A DNA stretch of 63,952 bases, the filler included, from Diploschistes diacapsis (lineage: Eukaryota): the NCBI GenBank assembly GCA_023645945.1. It is 5 parts of 5 records of this genome, joined end to end, with 100 filler letters (N's around TTAATTAATTAA, not from the genome) between each part and the next. Parts side by side here need not be neighbours in the genome. Positions count along the whole stretch, not along the records: positions 38,496 to 51,188 come from JALAIB010000716.1; positions 51,289 to 63,952 come from JALAIB010000717.1; 3 more parts are not named here. One strand, written 5' to 3'. A model generated the notes under the pieces. The model made no database searches. It had not been told where the DNA came from and saw only the letters and a list, made by a program, of their open reading frames with translations. A program made the translations under genes and the position numbers. This document shows, one piece after another, positions 50,104 through 62,111 of the stretch (its first letter is position 1; every line of letters starts with the position of its first letter).

Positions 50104-51188
50104 ATGTCCCATCGTCAGTCATGTGAGAGGTGCCGCCAGCAAAAGGCTCGTTGTAAACGAATGGAATCTTCGCACGATGCCACAGATGCATTACTGCCGT
50201 GCGAGAGGTGTATGAAAGGCGGGTGCTGTGTGCCTGTATGGTTGTGAGTGCGTCTCGATGTTCTACACCGGCACCAAGTGACTCCGTGGCTACAGCAAAA
50301 CAAAAATTTGGACGGCCCGTCGTTCTTTCTCCAACCCACAGCCACAACCGCACCGACCCTCGTCATCCCAGTTTGGGGCTTTTTGGACTTCCTCATGCAC
50401 CTCCTAATATATTTCGTCCGTTAGCCGTCAGATGCCGGCCGGGGCAAATCCCTCGGCCAAGGGTCTAGAAATATTAGTACCCAACAACAGCATGGAATGT
50501 AATATGTTCCAACGCTCATCCGCGAGTAACCGGCCAGAAGCAGAACTCCCTCCACTAAACACCGACGACTTCTTGGGCTCGGGCATGGGCTCACTATCGC
50601 CCGGTCCATCCTTTACAACGATGCAAGTTCCTTGGGACTTTCAGCATCAGATGTCCCCCGGACACGAAAGAGCCAGCCAAAGCTCAGGCGCGCCCTCCAG
50701 CTACGACGAAGACTCGCCGGAAGCCTGGTCCACGCGACTTGCATCGCTAGCCACGCGTGCCACACACACTGCAAAGCACTTATCCCCCTCCGACAATAGC
50801 GCCCCCTTAACCGTGTCCTCGCCGCAGATCGATGAGGTCTTCAACGCGACAAGCACCGTGCTCCGCATCCTCGACAGCGTCTCGGGGGCCCTCGGTGCGC
50901 CTTCCTCCTCGAGCCCGGAGCCCGGATCCGAGCCGGTCGATGCGGCCTTGACCCAGGACCCGGGGCTCGTTTTCCTCGTCCTCGCCTGCCACCAGCGCCT
51001 GCTGGACGCTTTCCAAGCCGTGTATGGCTCCATCCGCCGGAGTCTCCGCTCCATGAGCCACGGCGGAACAGCAACGGGGCACCAGCGCGGCACGCTTTCG
51101 CGGAAGCGCACGCTCCACGGCGACGAGGGATGGCCCTGCGCGGCGCAGTTCGCCATGGTGCCAGCCTCTCCCCCATCCACTCCAACTG
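50104..51188 (+). pseudogene. Cluster-type Zn2Cys6 regulator, frameshifted in the zinc cluster and truncated by contig end
   Basis: [24 protein letters not shown]; removing one base near 50215 restores AGAVCLYG / SKQKFGRP across an intron; downstream PGLVFLVLACHQRLL region. Confidence 0.75.
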
Positions 51189-51288
51189 NNNNNNNNNNNN
51201 NNNNNNNNNNNNNNNNNNNNNNNNNNNNNNNNTTAATTAATTAANNNNNNNNNNNNNNNNNNNNNNNNNNNNNNNNNNNNNNNNNNNN
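51189..51288. other. Artificial contig linker
   Basis: N44-TTAATTAATTAA-N44. Confidence 0.99.
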
Positions 51289-51850
51289 GGGTGGTGCTGG
51301 TGCTGGTGCCGGTAACGGTGGCGAGGGAGAGGAAGGGGGGGAGGCGGTTGGTGGTGGTGAGGGCTTTGCGCCGAGGCGAAGAGTGGAAACTAGCAGCAGG
51401 ATGCAGAGCGCGCTGGGGAAGCTGCACGCTAGGGCTAAGGGGCGGAATATTGACGAGGAAGATGGGGACGGTGACGGCGAGGGAAGCCAGAGGGACACGG
51501 GTACTGCCTCGCGCAGGGGCAAGGCGAAGCAAACGGAAGCTGCGGCGGCGAAGAAGAAGAAGAAGAGGGCGAAGACAATCGATAGAGACTCGGCGCCGAG
51601 GAGGAGGAAGGCGAAGAAGAGAGCGGCCGCTGCTTTGGAGGACGTGGAAGAAGACGAGGAAGATGGTGAAGAGGCAAATAAAGATGGAGATGGAAATGGG
51701 TCGGTGGAAGATGGCAATAGCGCTGAGAGTAGTGGGAGTGGAGATGCGGAGGAATACAGGCCGCCGAGGAAGGCTGCGAGAAAGAGCTCTAGCACCGTGG
51801 CAGGTAGGGGCGGAAGAGGGAAGGCAACGAGGAGGGTGGCGAAGGATTAG
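51289..51850 (+). CDS. 3' end of a gene, resembling the fungal Rad2/XPG C-terminal tail
   Basis: Frame is open from the contig start; FAPRRRVETSSRMQSALGKL is followed by basic NLS-like and acidic tracts. Recognition rests on one short motif only. Confidence 0.45.
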
Positions 51851-52370
51851 GAAGACGCAGCAGGGAGGAGAGGGTGGAGATGTCTCGCATCTGCGACTGG
51901 TGTTGTGGGTACTGTGGGAATCGTGGAGTTCATAGGAAGGGCCGGTAGAGATTTAGGAAGACCGAGAGGCGCGAGAAGGGGGATGGGATTGGGATTTGAT
52001 ACCCCTTGTTTTTTACATATATGGCAGAACGCGGCACCGCTGTATGGAAAGAGACTCGCGGCTTCGTAAACAAACAAAGTCTCCATCAATGTCATGCCAG
52101 CATCGTTGTAGAAGCTTCCTTCTCACGACCTATAATTCCCTCATCAGAATACATATATATACGTATACCAGCTTGCATCTCCCGCTCGCTAACACTGCCA
52201 AATCCTTTAAACGCACCCTTTTTCTTACCCGCCCACCTTACCCGCTACCACAGACAGACACAAGAAAATCTCTCGACATCCAGACTTGCAAAGAGTTATA
52301 CATAGATGGATAGCCCCGATGAGGGAAGGAGGGAGAGAGAGGAGGGAGAGGCAAAAGAAAAAAATAAACT

Positions 52371-52477
52371 TGGTCTCGCTGGGGGTCGAACCCAGGACCG
52401 TCTCCGCTGAAATTCTTCAAGAGAGGAAGAAGCATATATATGTAAAGGAGAAATCATAACCACTAGACTACGAAACC
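52371..52477 (-). tRNA. tRNA-Val(TAC) with 34-nt intron (52407-52440)
   Basis: GGTTTCG/CGAGACC acceptor stem, TAGTCTAGTGG A-box, TCTCC-TTTACA-[intron]-C-GGAGA anticodon arm, GGTTCGACCC B-box, downstream T-run terminator. Confidence 0.95.
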
Positions 52478-53465
52478 AATAGCAGCGTTGCTTTATTAAG
52501 GTATATATTATTGATATCGAAGATTGAGGTAAAAAACTAGCCTTAGCTACTTACTACCTATGGAGTTTACGCTGTAATGGGGAGCTAACCCATTCCCGGG
52601 ATCTTGGGGGCAATCGGAAAACGGATGTAAGCGTACATAAATAAGTATGTTGAGATATGGGGGGCTGAGTGAGGCGCTTGTTGTGTTGGGAATTTGGAAG
52701 GATGGGGGTGTTTTTTTCGTTTACGGATGAAAATTCTCGGTTACGAATAAAATGAAAGCTTGGTTTTATAGATTGGAGTTTTCGTTTTATGGATGGGATT
52801 TTCGGTTACGGATTTTTTTTCGTCGTCTGCAAATGAATAAATACTCTGGAAAAGAATTGTTTTTTGTTTACGGATGGATTGCCATTTCTAGCAGACCTTC
52901 TTTATATCGCCAATGGGTTAAATCTCGGTGCTTGGATTTCTCCTCTACCAATGAGATTTTTATCCAACAGTTTGTCGTTACAAGTTTCGGTGCATAAGCT
53001 CCTTCATTCTCCTAAAGCTTGTATCTACAATAGTTTTGTGGGGACCCTTCTGTATTATGACAGCGCCCGGGTGTCTGAACCACCAGTGTGCCTATAAAGC
53101 GTAGCGTTCTTGTGTGAGGGAATCTGGTTGTTGTTGGGTCCAACGTTAGAGCTATTGGGTGGGTTGGCACTACTTTAGAGAACATAAAACCTAGCTCATA
53201 AAATCGTGCAGATTTCTGAGCTGGAAACATGCATTTGGATGGTTCGGGGAAGAGTACGGTACACTGCAATTTACAAGGACGGCCTGCACTAGGATATCGA
53301 TGTTTGAAAAATGAAATTCGTTTCTATATACGACACTTACGCAGTAGAGTGCCAAAAAGCTTGCCCGACCAGAAACACCGATGACTATGCAAGTGTAAAA
53401 AAGGGTATTGAGAAAGCTGTGCTTTTTTTTACGGCCAGCACAAATGGCCACCCCCTCAAACCCAT

Positions 53466-54431
53466 CTATTGCCCGTGCCTGTACTGCGGCGTCGCGTACG
53501 GTCCCGCTCTCTCCGCATTGACGGTCTGCGTGACACCGTACGGGGCGTCGGTGACGCGCTCGTACGAGTAAGGTACGCGCTCGGCCATCGCTGATCCGGA
53601 CCCCTTACGCAGCTGCTCTCGTGGGTGTGCGGAGCAGCAGCACGAGCTAAAGGCCCAGAACAGACCCGCGATGAAGGAAGTGCTGAAGGCGAGCCACATG
53701 TAAGCCAGCATGGTGGTGCCGACGCTCATGGAGATGCCTAGGCTATCAAGGCCGAGGTTGGCAGAGACGGCGAACCGGGTATATGTCAGAGTGGTAATGA
53801 CGGCAAAGGCAAAGATGAAGCCTGTGGTGAAGAGGGAGGACAGAGTCGTGAAGAGCGAGCCGAGGCGGGAGAAGAGGCCGCCGATACCGACGAAGAGCTG
53901 CAGGCCTGTGGAGACGCAGGCGAGGATAAAGAGTGTTGACATCCATTTACGGTTGGTGGCAAGGTAGGTGTTATTAACGTAATTGTAGAAGTCGTTGCTG
54001 AAGATATCCTGCTGTGCGTCGGGGCTAAGGCCCCAGACTTGCGATGGGTCAAAGCCATACTGCAGCTGGCGAGGCGAGCAAAAGTCGACGGTCGCGGCGG
54101 TCTTTTGGCCAAAGGCTAAGATCGAGCGCGTCGTGTTGTCGCCCGCGCCGGCACAGTAGCCCCATAGGGAGACGGTGTAATAGTTTTGAATGATTATCTT
54201 GTTATCAGGAGTCTTGTCCATGGGGTCTGTGTTGGGGTTGGCGGGATTATTGGAGAAGTCCGGATTGGCGGTCACGTTCGTGGTGTTGGCCTTGATGAAG
54301 TAGAGGTTCGAAAGGTAGTTGTTGCTTGAGTTCGTACCACCAAGACCGATCATGACGAGGAAGACGAGGGTCAACACGGTAAGGATCATGGGGATGAAGA
54401 CGCAAAAGAATCTGCCTGCTTTTCCTGCCAT
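53466..54431 (-). CDS. SUR7/PalI family four-TM membrane protein
   Basis: N-terminal TM, YYTVSLWGYC motif, second Cys in FCSP, three further TM segments, CCCS tail. Confidence 0.9.
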   Translation of the reverse strand: MAGKAGRFFCVFIPMILTVLTLVFLVMIGLGGTNSSNNYLSNLYFIKANTTNVTANPDFSNNPANPNTDPMDKTPDNKIIIQNYYTVSLWGYCAGAGDNTTRSILAFGQKTAATVDFCSPRQLQYGFDPSQVWGLSPDAQQDIFSNDFYNYVNNTYLATNRKWMSTLFILACVSTGLQLFVGIGGLFSRLGSLFTTLSSLFTTGFIFAFAVITTLTYTRFAVSANLGLDSLGISMSVGTTMLAYMWLAFSTSFIAGLFWAFSSCCCSAHPREQLRKGSGSAMAERVPYSYERVTDAPYGVTQTVNAERAGPYATPQYRHGQ

Positions 54432-56434
54432 TGTGCTTTTTTTTTTTTTTTCCTTTTTTCCCCTGTGTTTTGTAGTTTTTGGCTTAGGAAAGAAAGAAGA
54501 TATTAGTAAAGTAGAAGTAATTACAGAAGTGAAGCAGCAGTCAATGCCGCGTGAAAAGCAAACCCAAACAAAGGAAACGGAAAGAAGATTCGTACGGTCG
54601 ACGTCAAGCCGGACCTGAGTTCAGTGTAGATGCTGATGAGGGAAGGAGAATAGATGGATAGGGAAGACGCTTAGCCTTATATCTGGATCTCTGTTGAGAC
54701 AACATCATGCACATGTTGGGTTCGATGAGCCCCAGAGTTACTTTGACAGAGGTAGACCGGACCCTTGGTCAAATGGGAACCATATATGTGGCAGCGCTTG
54801 TACGTCAAGTCAACAGAAGCTTAGCCTCTAATAGGCAATGTTTGACTCCCCAAGGAACAAAGCTTGATAACAGATGTCGATTAGAAACAACTTGGTCAAA
54901 CGCGTTGTGGGATGGTGAACGTGTTGCTATTGTTGAGGGGATTCGAGGTTGGATGATTGTTGGATTGGCGGGAAAAGGTTAATCCGTTTCCAAAGAACGT
55001 ACACATCACGTGCTAGGTATGTTATACGATGTTGCGCCTTACCAGTTGCAACAGCTCCACAAGAAAACGACCAACAACGCTTTGTAATGCCATCAGGTCA
55101 AATGGCGATCGCTATTGCCCTGTCAGATCCGGACTCGATTGCTCGGAGCAAGGCGATAATACACAGTAATGATTTCGGAGACGGCTTTTAACACTACTCC
55201 TTGATGACTCGTTACAACAACCCTTTCTCTGTTGACCTTCCAATTGTGATGAAATATAGCTGTTTGGCATACTACAGTATTTCCACAGACGAGTAATTTG
55301 GCCTTTCAATCATCTTTGTGGCAGGCTCAACCAGACAAAACTCATTCTCTTCATCATATATTTGCTAACATTTGAACCTAATTACAACAAGCGTTATCCC
55401 TTCTTTCACCCTTCCCTGTCCATCTTACCCACCCACGACGACTTCGTCGTGTTCAATGCATGAATAGCTTTTGATAGTAGAGTTGTATTCGATCTCCATT
55501 GAGTTATGTTCGCTGGAGTATCATCGGCTCCCTCGTGTCCTAGGCCACTGAAAGCGCGAAACCAAATGAGCACAAAGAAGACAGTTAGCAGGCCAGTCGA
55601 GGCCAGCGAGATTGCAGTAATCAAGAGAGTTACAACGGCCTTTGAGTGATATTTGCGACAACACGGTTCCGGGGGGAGTTCTGGATCCCCAATCAATGAC
55701 TTAGCAAAATATAGACCGGCTGCATCGAGTTATTGAATATGGCTGTTACAATGAGGCAAAGAAACGAGTTCTTGTCTTGTGGCTTTGCACTTCAGCACCC
55801 CAAGAACAATTGTTTCTATCAGACTGTTGTCCGTTCGTTGACGGCCATCAGATTCAAAGCCAAAGCTCGCAGATGAGTTGACAACATCGAATGGAGGAAC
55901 GACAAAGAAGAGCTCCACAAATGGCTGTGCTGGTCTTGTGCAAAGTTGCAGATTGACCTCGCGCACATATCGGGACATTTTGGAACACGAAGTTGCAGGC
56001 TGAAAAGCTATTCCATGGATTACAGGACAATTGGTCAATTAAAAATTACTACTTAACAAAATCTAGTAAACACAATGCATAATAATCGATCTCGCTTTGT
56101 GCCAGGCCCTTTCACTCACAGTTCGGAAGGTGAACTCGTGCTTTGTTTAACGTGTCCAAGACCCGAATATCACTGCGTTATCTAACGACAATGGCATACA
56201 CTCGAACAGAGGACATTGTTCTCGTGGGACAATGGCCTTCCCAGAGGCCGTGACCAGCTTTTCTATTTATAGGCTGCACAATCCCGTTGTACTGGACCAC
56301 ACAGCAGCTTGCACTCTAGGACTCGGTAAGGGCATCCAGTTCACTGGGGCTCCATCATCCGGTTGTGACTTGTATCGAACTACGCAGCAGCTTGGATATC
56401 AATATTTGCTAGAGGCGTGCTGTTTATCGAGAAC

Positions 56435-58273
56435 ATGGATCCCTTCCGCAATCCTCCACCATACCCCGATCAACGTAACTTTCGACAGATGTTTCAATCT
56501 GCAGAGTGTCGTCCGGAAGCAGGTGGGTGGCACATATATCGATGCGGCCACTGGAACCGAATCGGACGACTATGTTCTATTAACTGTGTTAATCCTAGGT
56601 TCGGTGATAAATCAACTCGGAGACATTGCAAGGTATGTCGCACTCGAGAAAGCGAAGAGTATTTGTGCGCGTTGCTTATCGGGCTTGAGCCAATGCTAGC
56701 TTATCTCGACTGCATGGACTTTGATCCGTTTGCTCAGGATCAACACGACGCCATCGTGGATTGGCTGGCTGACCCAAATGGCGAAGTGCGGCGCCGCGTA
56801 TTAGGTAGCGTTTATCGTCGTTACGAGACGATGGGCTCAGGACCTTTTCAGCGCTCAGTTCTCCAACGTATTTTCGAAGAGCAGGAGGAGGCTCGTGAGG
56901 AAGCGGCATGGGATGCACGACAGCACGAGGAGTACATTCGCCATATGGAAGCGCTCGAAGCCACTGAAGCGGAGGATGCAGACTTTTATGGTGACATGCT
57001 GGATGATGACCCCGAGGACGAAGGGCATTACGACTTGTCTAATCCCCCATCTCCTATCACAGATAGACCACGCCGGGGCGGCGGAGTATATGTTACAGAC
57101 CTCCCAGACGAAGCAATCAATCGATTGAGCTTGAACGAGCAAGTATTTTTGCAAAACCATCCCAATGACGATTTCCATCGCTTCCTTGCAGCATGGCACC
57201 CGGGCCTATCAGAAGAGCAACAGGCCATCTACGAGCGCCAACAGCGCCTTCTGTGGCATCGCGTCGCACATACTGAGGGACATCACTTTTCAGCAAGCAA
57301 CGGCACACCCGCGGATTCCACCGAACCGACTGACGCAGAGCTAGCCGCTGCCCACAACCTGCTTGGATTTTCCCAAGCAGCCTGGAACAACACGTCCGAA
57401 TCTCCAACTGAATCTCCCAACCTCGAGGAGGCCATGGACGTTGACAACCCAACCGTCGAGTCTTTTTCCCCGCCTCCCGGTAACCTCAGCCAGCCCCCAC
57501 CCAGCAACATCCCACAGCAACAACTTCCGCGGCGCGTTGGAATTACACAATTCTTGGGGCACGAATTGTACATCGAGCTCAGCCCAGACTACCCAGCGGA
57601 CGAACCTCCACCGCGCTTCGTGACTCGCGAAGGCACCGAGCGCCCTGTGCGGTGGATCGTCGTCAACGAGCCTATATTCCGTCATCCTGGCCCTATCTCA
57701 GGCTCCAGGGGTTTTTTAGTACACACAGATACCAATGGCGATCTCACAATGGCCCAGGACTCTCCCGCTGCAACGGCGCCTGCCAGCACTAGTAGCACCA
57801 TTGCTATTGACACCAATACCACCGACACCAGCGCTCTCAGCACAATCGATGCCCTCGACCACCCCATCCTGGCACCGCACGAGCACAACCACGTTTCGGA
57901 GTACACCCGCGCCCTCACCACCCCTTTGGGCGCTCCTCCTTCCCGCCCAAGGCCCGCCTTCGCTACCACGGCAGCCCAAAACCACGGCGCTGGAGATTCG
58001 GTGGGGAGTCTGTTTTCGCGTTTCGAGTCGCACCCGCAGCCGCATCCACTGGCTGAGAGCGAGGAGGAGGAGAGGGTTGGCGGCGGTGATGATGGTAGTG
58101 ATGGTGGGAGCAGTTGGGGTGGTACGCGTTCGGTGGCTGAGGAGATGTCTGCTGCTGCAGATACGGAGTGGCAGGAAGGGGAGATGGAGGGTGTGATTGT
58201 TGGGGCTTATTCGGAGGGAGAGGGGGACGGTGAGCACGGTGAGTTTGTTCCGCTTGAGCGTCGTCGGCATTAG
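56435..58273 (+). CDS. Hypothetical acidic protein with N-terminal Cys/His cluster
   Basis: 612-codon ORF from ATG 56435; C-x8-IYRCGH-x7-CxxxC-x13-CxxC, then acidic and Pro-rich disordered sequence. Confidence 0.7.
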   Translation: MDPFRNPPPYPDQRNFRQMFQSAECRPEAGGWHIYRCGHWNRIGRLCSINCVNPRFGDKSTRRHCKVCRTRESEEYLCALLIGLEPMLAYLDCMDFDPFAQDQHDAIVDWLADPNGEVRRRVLGSVYRRYETMGSGPFQRSVLQRIFEEQEEAREEAAWDARQHEEYIRHMEALEATEAEDADFYGDMLDDDPEDEGHYDLSNPPSPITDRPRRGGGVYVTDLPDEAINRLSLNEQVFLQNHPNDDFHRFLAAWHPGLSEEQQAIYERQQRLLWHRVAHTEGHHFSASNGTPADSTEPTDAELAAAHNLLGFSQAAWNNTSESPTESPNLEEAMDVDNPTVESFSPPPGNLSQPPPSNIPQQQLPRRVGITQFLGHELYIELSPDYPADEPPPRFVTREGTERPVRWIVVNEPIFRHPGPISGSRGFLVHTDTNGDLTMAQDSPAATAPASTSSTIAIDTNTTDTSALSTIDALDHPILAPHEHNHVSEYTRALTTPLGAPPSRPRPAFATTAAQNHGAGDSVGSLFSRFESHPQPHPLAESEEEERVGGGDDGSDGGSSWGGTRSVAEEMSAAADTEWQEGEMEGVIVGAYSEGEGDGEHGEFVPLERRRH

Positions 58274-59217
58274 GGAGGTGAGTTTTTGTCTCGCTTGATT
58301 CGCTGCTAACAGTCTTGATCCCGTGGGGGTTTTTGGATACCCGGACTTTGAGATGTGGGATTTGGTGGGTATCTGGGCTGTTCGGTCTGGTATCTTTCCG
58401 GTCCGGAGATAGATGCTTGCTCGCTTGCCTACTTGCTTTGGGTATCTGAGAAGGTAAGCCATTTCTTTTCTAATGGGCACTAATAACGGTAATGGGGAAA
58501 TGGAATCTGGTAAGTAAACAGGTTTGTGCTTGCGATGCGTGTGCTTGAATCCATCGGACTGCGGAGTGTGTGGCTCAGGGCATACTTTGATTTCTTTAAC
58601 AAGTATACATGGGAGCGCTGATGAAGGCAGTGTTGAAGACCCTTCCCCCCCCCCTTTTATCAGCCCTTGTAGGAATTTGCTCGTTGTGCACAATCCACGA
58701 ATCGATAGCTCAGTGGCTTGGTATATCGATCAACAGCTAGTGATCATGAAAATAACCTCCAGCGCCAGCCGTCGCAGCAGTAGTACGCGTGGTACCCTAC
58801 CTTTTGAAGTAGCTTTCAAGCCATACACTGTAGTTATAGTGTTATCAAAGACAGCCTTCACTTTCTAGCACATAGTACGAAGACTGAAATCCCACGCAAA
58901 CAAATTTTCTTAACTACAGTATCTACTTTTTTTTTCCCGGCCAACACAGACAGTGCCCACCCACCGGACTGGAGTCCACGACCTCCAGTGGAAAGAGCGC
59001 CACAGGGACAAATACAGACGGTGCCAAAGACGATGTCGCTTGAACCAGCTCAGTTAAGAGACAGCCTCAACGTCTAATTAGGCCTTTGGCATCCGAAGAT
59101 TGTGGGCCCATGCCCAATGGAGGGACTGCATGTGTTGGTCGGGCGTCAGCTATCCCGAAACAACGCTTGTCCTGGCCCCTCTTCCCCCTCTTCCCCCTTC
59201 CATTACCCCTCCTCAAT

Positions 59218-62111
59218 TCAAACCTTCTTCAGAAAAGGCGCGAACCACTCCATCGGAAGCGCCGGCTGCTCACGGGTGATCTTGCCGGGCAAGAGCAAGA
59301 TCCCACGCGCAGGGGCGGAGTGGCGGAGAGGATCCCGGACCGCCCCGAGAAGACACGGCGCGTGAAGGGGAGCCAGCCCGTGGCGAACTGTTCTTGACGA
59401 TGGATCGCGAGGGTTGGCGCCTCGGAGACAGCGGTGGATCACCAAGGGTTCCGGGTCGCTAACCCCGTCCCCGTTCACGGCACCGATCCTCTCGATCTCC
59501 GCCAGCTTCTCCGCTGTAACAACGCAGCGTCTGATGAGTCGTGGCCTGGTCGTCTGCAGGTACATTTCGAAGCTTGGCATAAGAACAGCGCGGCTCAAAG
59601 CGTAAGTTTGAAGCTGGCGGTATTGACCGGCATGCATTAGGATCGTATCGTCCCAGAGACAGCTCTGGTTGAAGAGAACCTCATTTTTTTCCGAGGAAAG
59701 GAGGTCGTACATGCCGACAAAATGACGCACATCCCCGTCATACCGAGGATATTCAGCCCTGAATACTTCATGAAGGTGGTGAATAGCCTCTTCCAGTCTG
59801 TTCAAATTCGACTCGGCCTCTCCATAAAAGTGGGTATTTCCGGATTGAGCGATGTCGTTGCCTTGAGTAGTTCCGCTAGAGTGAGCCCCGTCGATCGCTG
59901 AATTCATAGTATTCGGTTGAGCTGCAAGCATACCAAGGGGGGTGTTGCCATTTATGGCGTTTTCCGAGAAATTAAAGCCATTGGCTTGAGCAATAGGGCT
60001 GGATCGGCCACGAAAGACCACTGAATCCATACCTATCGGTTGAGCTGCAGGCATACTGAGGGATGCATTATTAGTTATATTGTCTCTAGGTTGAGAGAGG
60101 TCATTGCCTTGAGCACTATCATTAAGGCGGCCGCCATGAACCTCTGAACTTGGACCGTTCAGTTGAGCCGCGGGCGTATTAAGCGATGCATTGCTAGCCA
60201 TCATGCCTGTAAAGCGAGTGAAATCGATGCCTTGGGCGATATAATTTGGGCAGTCGTCATCGGTGCCGTCACCATCAACTACTAATCTGGGACTATTCGG
60301 CGGAGCTGTAGGCACAACGGGGGATGCATGGCCGGGCATAGTGTTTGCATACTGGTTTGAGTCATGCGCTGAGACGGTATCGCGCGGGCGGTCTCCGTTA
60401 ACCATTGGAATATGACCATTGGGCTGAGCTGCAGGCATACTGGGCAACGCATTGCTAGCCATCGTGTCTCCGGACTGGGTGGAGTCGTTGTCTTGAGCGA
60501 TATCATTCGGCCTGTCTCTATCCACCACAGGGACGGGATTATGCAGCTGAGCTGCGGTCATAGTGGGTGATGCATTGCTAGCTGTGGTGTTTCCAGGCTG
60601 CATGTACTCGTTGCCTTGAGCGATTCCGTTCGGATGGACGCTGTAAACCACTGAATCCGTACCGTTCGATTGATCCGCAGACATCCCTAGGGATGTTTTG
60701 CTTGGTACGGGCTCGCACACTTTCTTCTGAGGACGCTGGTATGCTGATTCTAAGGCAACGCGCTTCAAGGAAACGCCCACTGTATTAACCGGTATGTCGG
60801 ATGCTTGCTGAAGAGCACATTTGACTTGATTCACAGGATTGAACCGCGTATTGTAGTAACCTTGAGGTCGTGAGGGAATGGGCAGATTTGGATACTGTTC
60901 CCAGTTCCCTTTTGTTGCTGGCTCCCTCTTGATAAGTTCACCTTTCCCAGTGGCGCCGACCTGGGACAAATGGATTTTTAGACGAAGAGGAGTTAAAACA
61001 CGGAGAAACTGATTACCTACTCGCGAAGGGATTGGCAGATTTGGATACTGTTCTAAGTTCTCTCTGGTCGCTTGCTCACCAATGGCAGATCTACCTCTGG
61101 AAGTGATAGCATTCTATGAAAGGTTACAGTTAGACGAAGGCATAAGTGAATGTTAAGGAAGTAATTAGATGCATACCGGTGAATAGTTGGGCGGATGCGA
61201 ACGCTGTTCTAAGCTCCCTCTTGATGCTTGCTCTTGGCTGACAGATCTCTCTTCCGAGGTGGTGTGGATCTGGAAGAACCGGACGTTAGATAAGGGCATA
61301 TGAAAAGGTTGAAACAGGGATCAGCTGCATACCGGAGCAGGCTTTGCGAAGCTAAACGTAGATGTAGGTAGCTTTTCAGGAAAGGCAGGCACGTAGTTTT
61401 CTGTTGATGCCCTTTCTGCGCTATTGCTAGGAGCAACGCGGTGCTTCCTTGGATCAACCATATCTAAGCGATATTTGTTGGTTCTTTGGGCCAGTCTCAT
61501 GAATGAAGAGTTGTCTTGGGGTTCTCTTCCCTGACCGGTGACACTCGAAGAAGGTTAACATAAACAGACAGTGCACTAATATTGCGGATCACTTACTTGT
61601 GATCTAGCTGGCTTTGCCCACTTGTAGAGTTTGACACAACTAGGCCCTTTTCAACATTGATGCCATTTGTGCTTGGTGGCCGGGAGCTTCGCGTAGCGCT
61701 TCTTCTAGACGTTTGTAAAGCTCTGGGAGCGCCATTGCTAGTCGGACGTCTCTCCTCCATGCTCCTATTATACCGTTTCTCGGCCATCCCACGACCTGTG
61801 CGGGTCCACCAGTTCTTTACGGCTCCCTCAGTTCTAGATATTCCCATGTCAATCTCCAAATCGGCTGCTATTGCTCTATAGTAGTCAGCCCCACACGAGT
61901 ACTTTCCGTTGTTGTCATCAAGGAGAGCGGCCATGCGAGTCATCATAAACTCTATTTGCTCAATTGTCCAGGCCTGCTGTGGCTTCGTCTTCTTCACTAG
62001 CTGGCTAGATTCATGCAGGGCTGGCGGTTCCTGACATGAAGCAGTTGGGTCTGCTTTGCTCCCACTGCGACCGGTATGAGAGTTCAGTGCTTTTGCCAGA
62101 GTATTGTACAT
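59218..62111 (-). CDS. Multi-exon hypothetical protein: Myb/SANT-like N-domain, 41-aa repeats, helical C-domain
   Basis: AWTIEQIEFM..YRAIAADL..ISRTEGAVKNWW; donor GTAAGT near 61596; large last exon 59218-60960. Joining of the exons is inferred and the start is uncertain. Confidence 0.55.

Noticed and set aside
55406..56038. Two short minus-strand ORFs, one with a TM-like stretch
   Set aside because: No convincing splice model or family motif; left uncalled.
57716..58693. 325-aa antisense ORF
   Set aside because: Largely overlaps the better-supported plus-strand ORF, starts at a non-ATG codon and has no recognisable motif.
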